In this document: in pieces, positions 63,332-64,000 of the stretch
Layout of the letters: the number at the start of each line of letters is the position of its first letter
Position numbering within the stretch: position 1 is the stretch's first letter
Assembly: GCF_004010195.1 (NCBI RefSeq)
Contig: NC_057718.1
Span: forward strand, 105,106,300-105,170,299
DNA: 64,000 bases
Direction of reading: 5' to 3'
DNA from: Chiloscyllium plagiosum
Taxonomy: Eukaryota
Notes under the pieces: model-generated
Databases searched by the model: none
What the model saw: the letters and a program-made list of their open reading frames with translations, nothing else
Told to the model about the DNA's origin: nothing
Translations under genes and position numbers: made by a program

Positions 63332-63439
63332 GAACGGTTGATTTCTTTGGTATTTGGGTTACTAAGACAAAGGAAGCTCGACTTTCTGGACATCTATCAT
63401 GAAGAGATGATTGCAGCTGCAAAGAACATAATTAAACAG
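63332..63439 (+). CDS. VPS54: VPS54 exon 9 (ERLISLVFGLLRQRKL...KNIIKQ); gene continues beyond window
   Basis: ORF 63296..63505; aag acceptor, cag|gtac donor; 108 nt. Confidence 0.95.
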
Positions 63440-63654
63440 GTACACTATGTTCCCATTAGTATCTTACTATTGTGGGATTTCTGGTATTTTAGATCAAGCT
63501 TTTAATGGAACATATAACTTTTACATCAGTTGATGTGTATCCAATTCATTGAAAGAAAGTCTTCCATAAGAAAGCAGAATAGGCAGTTTGATTTGCAGGT
63601 TTTCAAAATCAAAACTAAATTGAACAATTTTGTAGGAAATGATGATTAGACCAT

Positions 63655-63893
63655 AATATAGAACATTACAGCGCAGTAGAGGCCCTTCGGCCCTCGATGT
63701 TGCGCCAACCTGTGAAACCAATCTGAAGCCCATCTAACCTACACTATTCCATTATCATCCATATATTTACTCAATGACCATTTAAATGCCCTTAAAGTTG
63801 ATGAGTCTGCTACTGTTGCAGGCACTGTGTTTTGCGCCCCTAATACTCTGAATGAAGAAACTACCTCTGACATCTGTCCTATATCTATCACCC
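63655..63893 (-). mobile_element. CR1 3' tail
   Basis: TLRAFKWSL.KYMD and CR1 tail. Confidence 0.8.
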
Positions 63894-63894
63894 A

Positions 63895-64000
63895 GAGAAA
63901 GTGAGGGCTGCAGATGCTGGAGATCAGAGCTGAAAATGTGTTGCTGGAAAAGCACAGCAGGTCAGGCAGCATCCAAGGAACAGGAGAATCGACGTTTCGG
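63895..64000 (-). mobile_element. Short hammerhead-family PLE derivative cut by the window end
   Basis: Near-identical to 36640-36745 and 58129-58234. Confidence 0.8.

Overview
Eukaryotic genomic DNA, most likely from a shark (inferred from HE1-type V-SINEs and abundant CR1 LINEs). It holds two + strand genes in tandem. PELI1 has its complete CDS in six coding exons (4792-17746, 419 aa); its first non-coding exon is probably upstream of the window. VPS54 has a CpG-island promoter and putative non-coding exon 1 near 28.8 kb, plus coding exons 2-9 (38123-63439, first 421 codons), and continues past the window. Introns and the intergenic gap are full of CR1 LINEs, V-SINEs, a 33-bp minisatellite and at least two Penelope-like element (PLE) families with GIY-YIG remnants. 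The most notable signal is that both PLE families, and more than ten short (about 80-320 bp) derivatives, carry minimal type I hammerhead ribozyme motifs (CUGANGA-N-stem II-GAAAC-GUH). Several copies have intact cores and 9-16 bp target-site duplications. Several are fold-back (palindromic) insertions, one has a filled/empty site pair, and one may be a 320-nt tandem retrozyme-like unit. Three assembly gaps (26130-26243, 34730-35229, 52736-53338) limit some conclusions. Comparisons with human genes are from recall and need an alignment.
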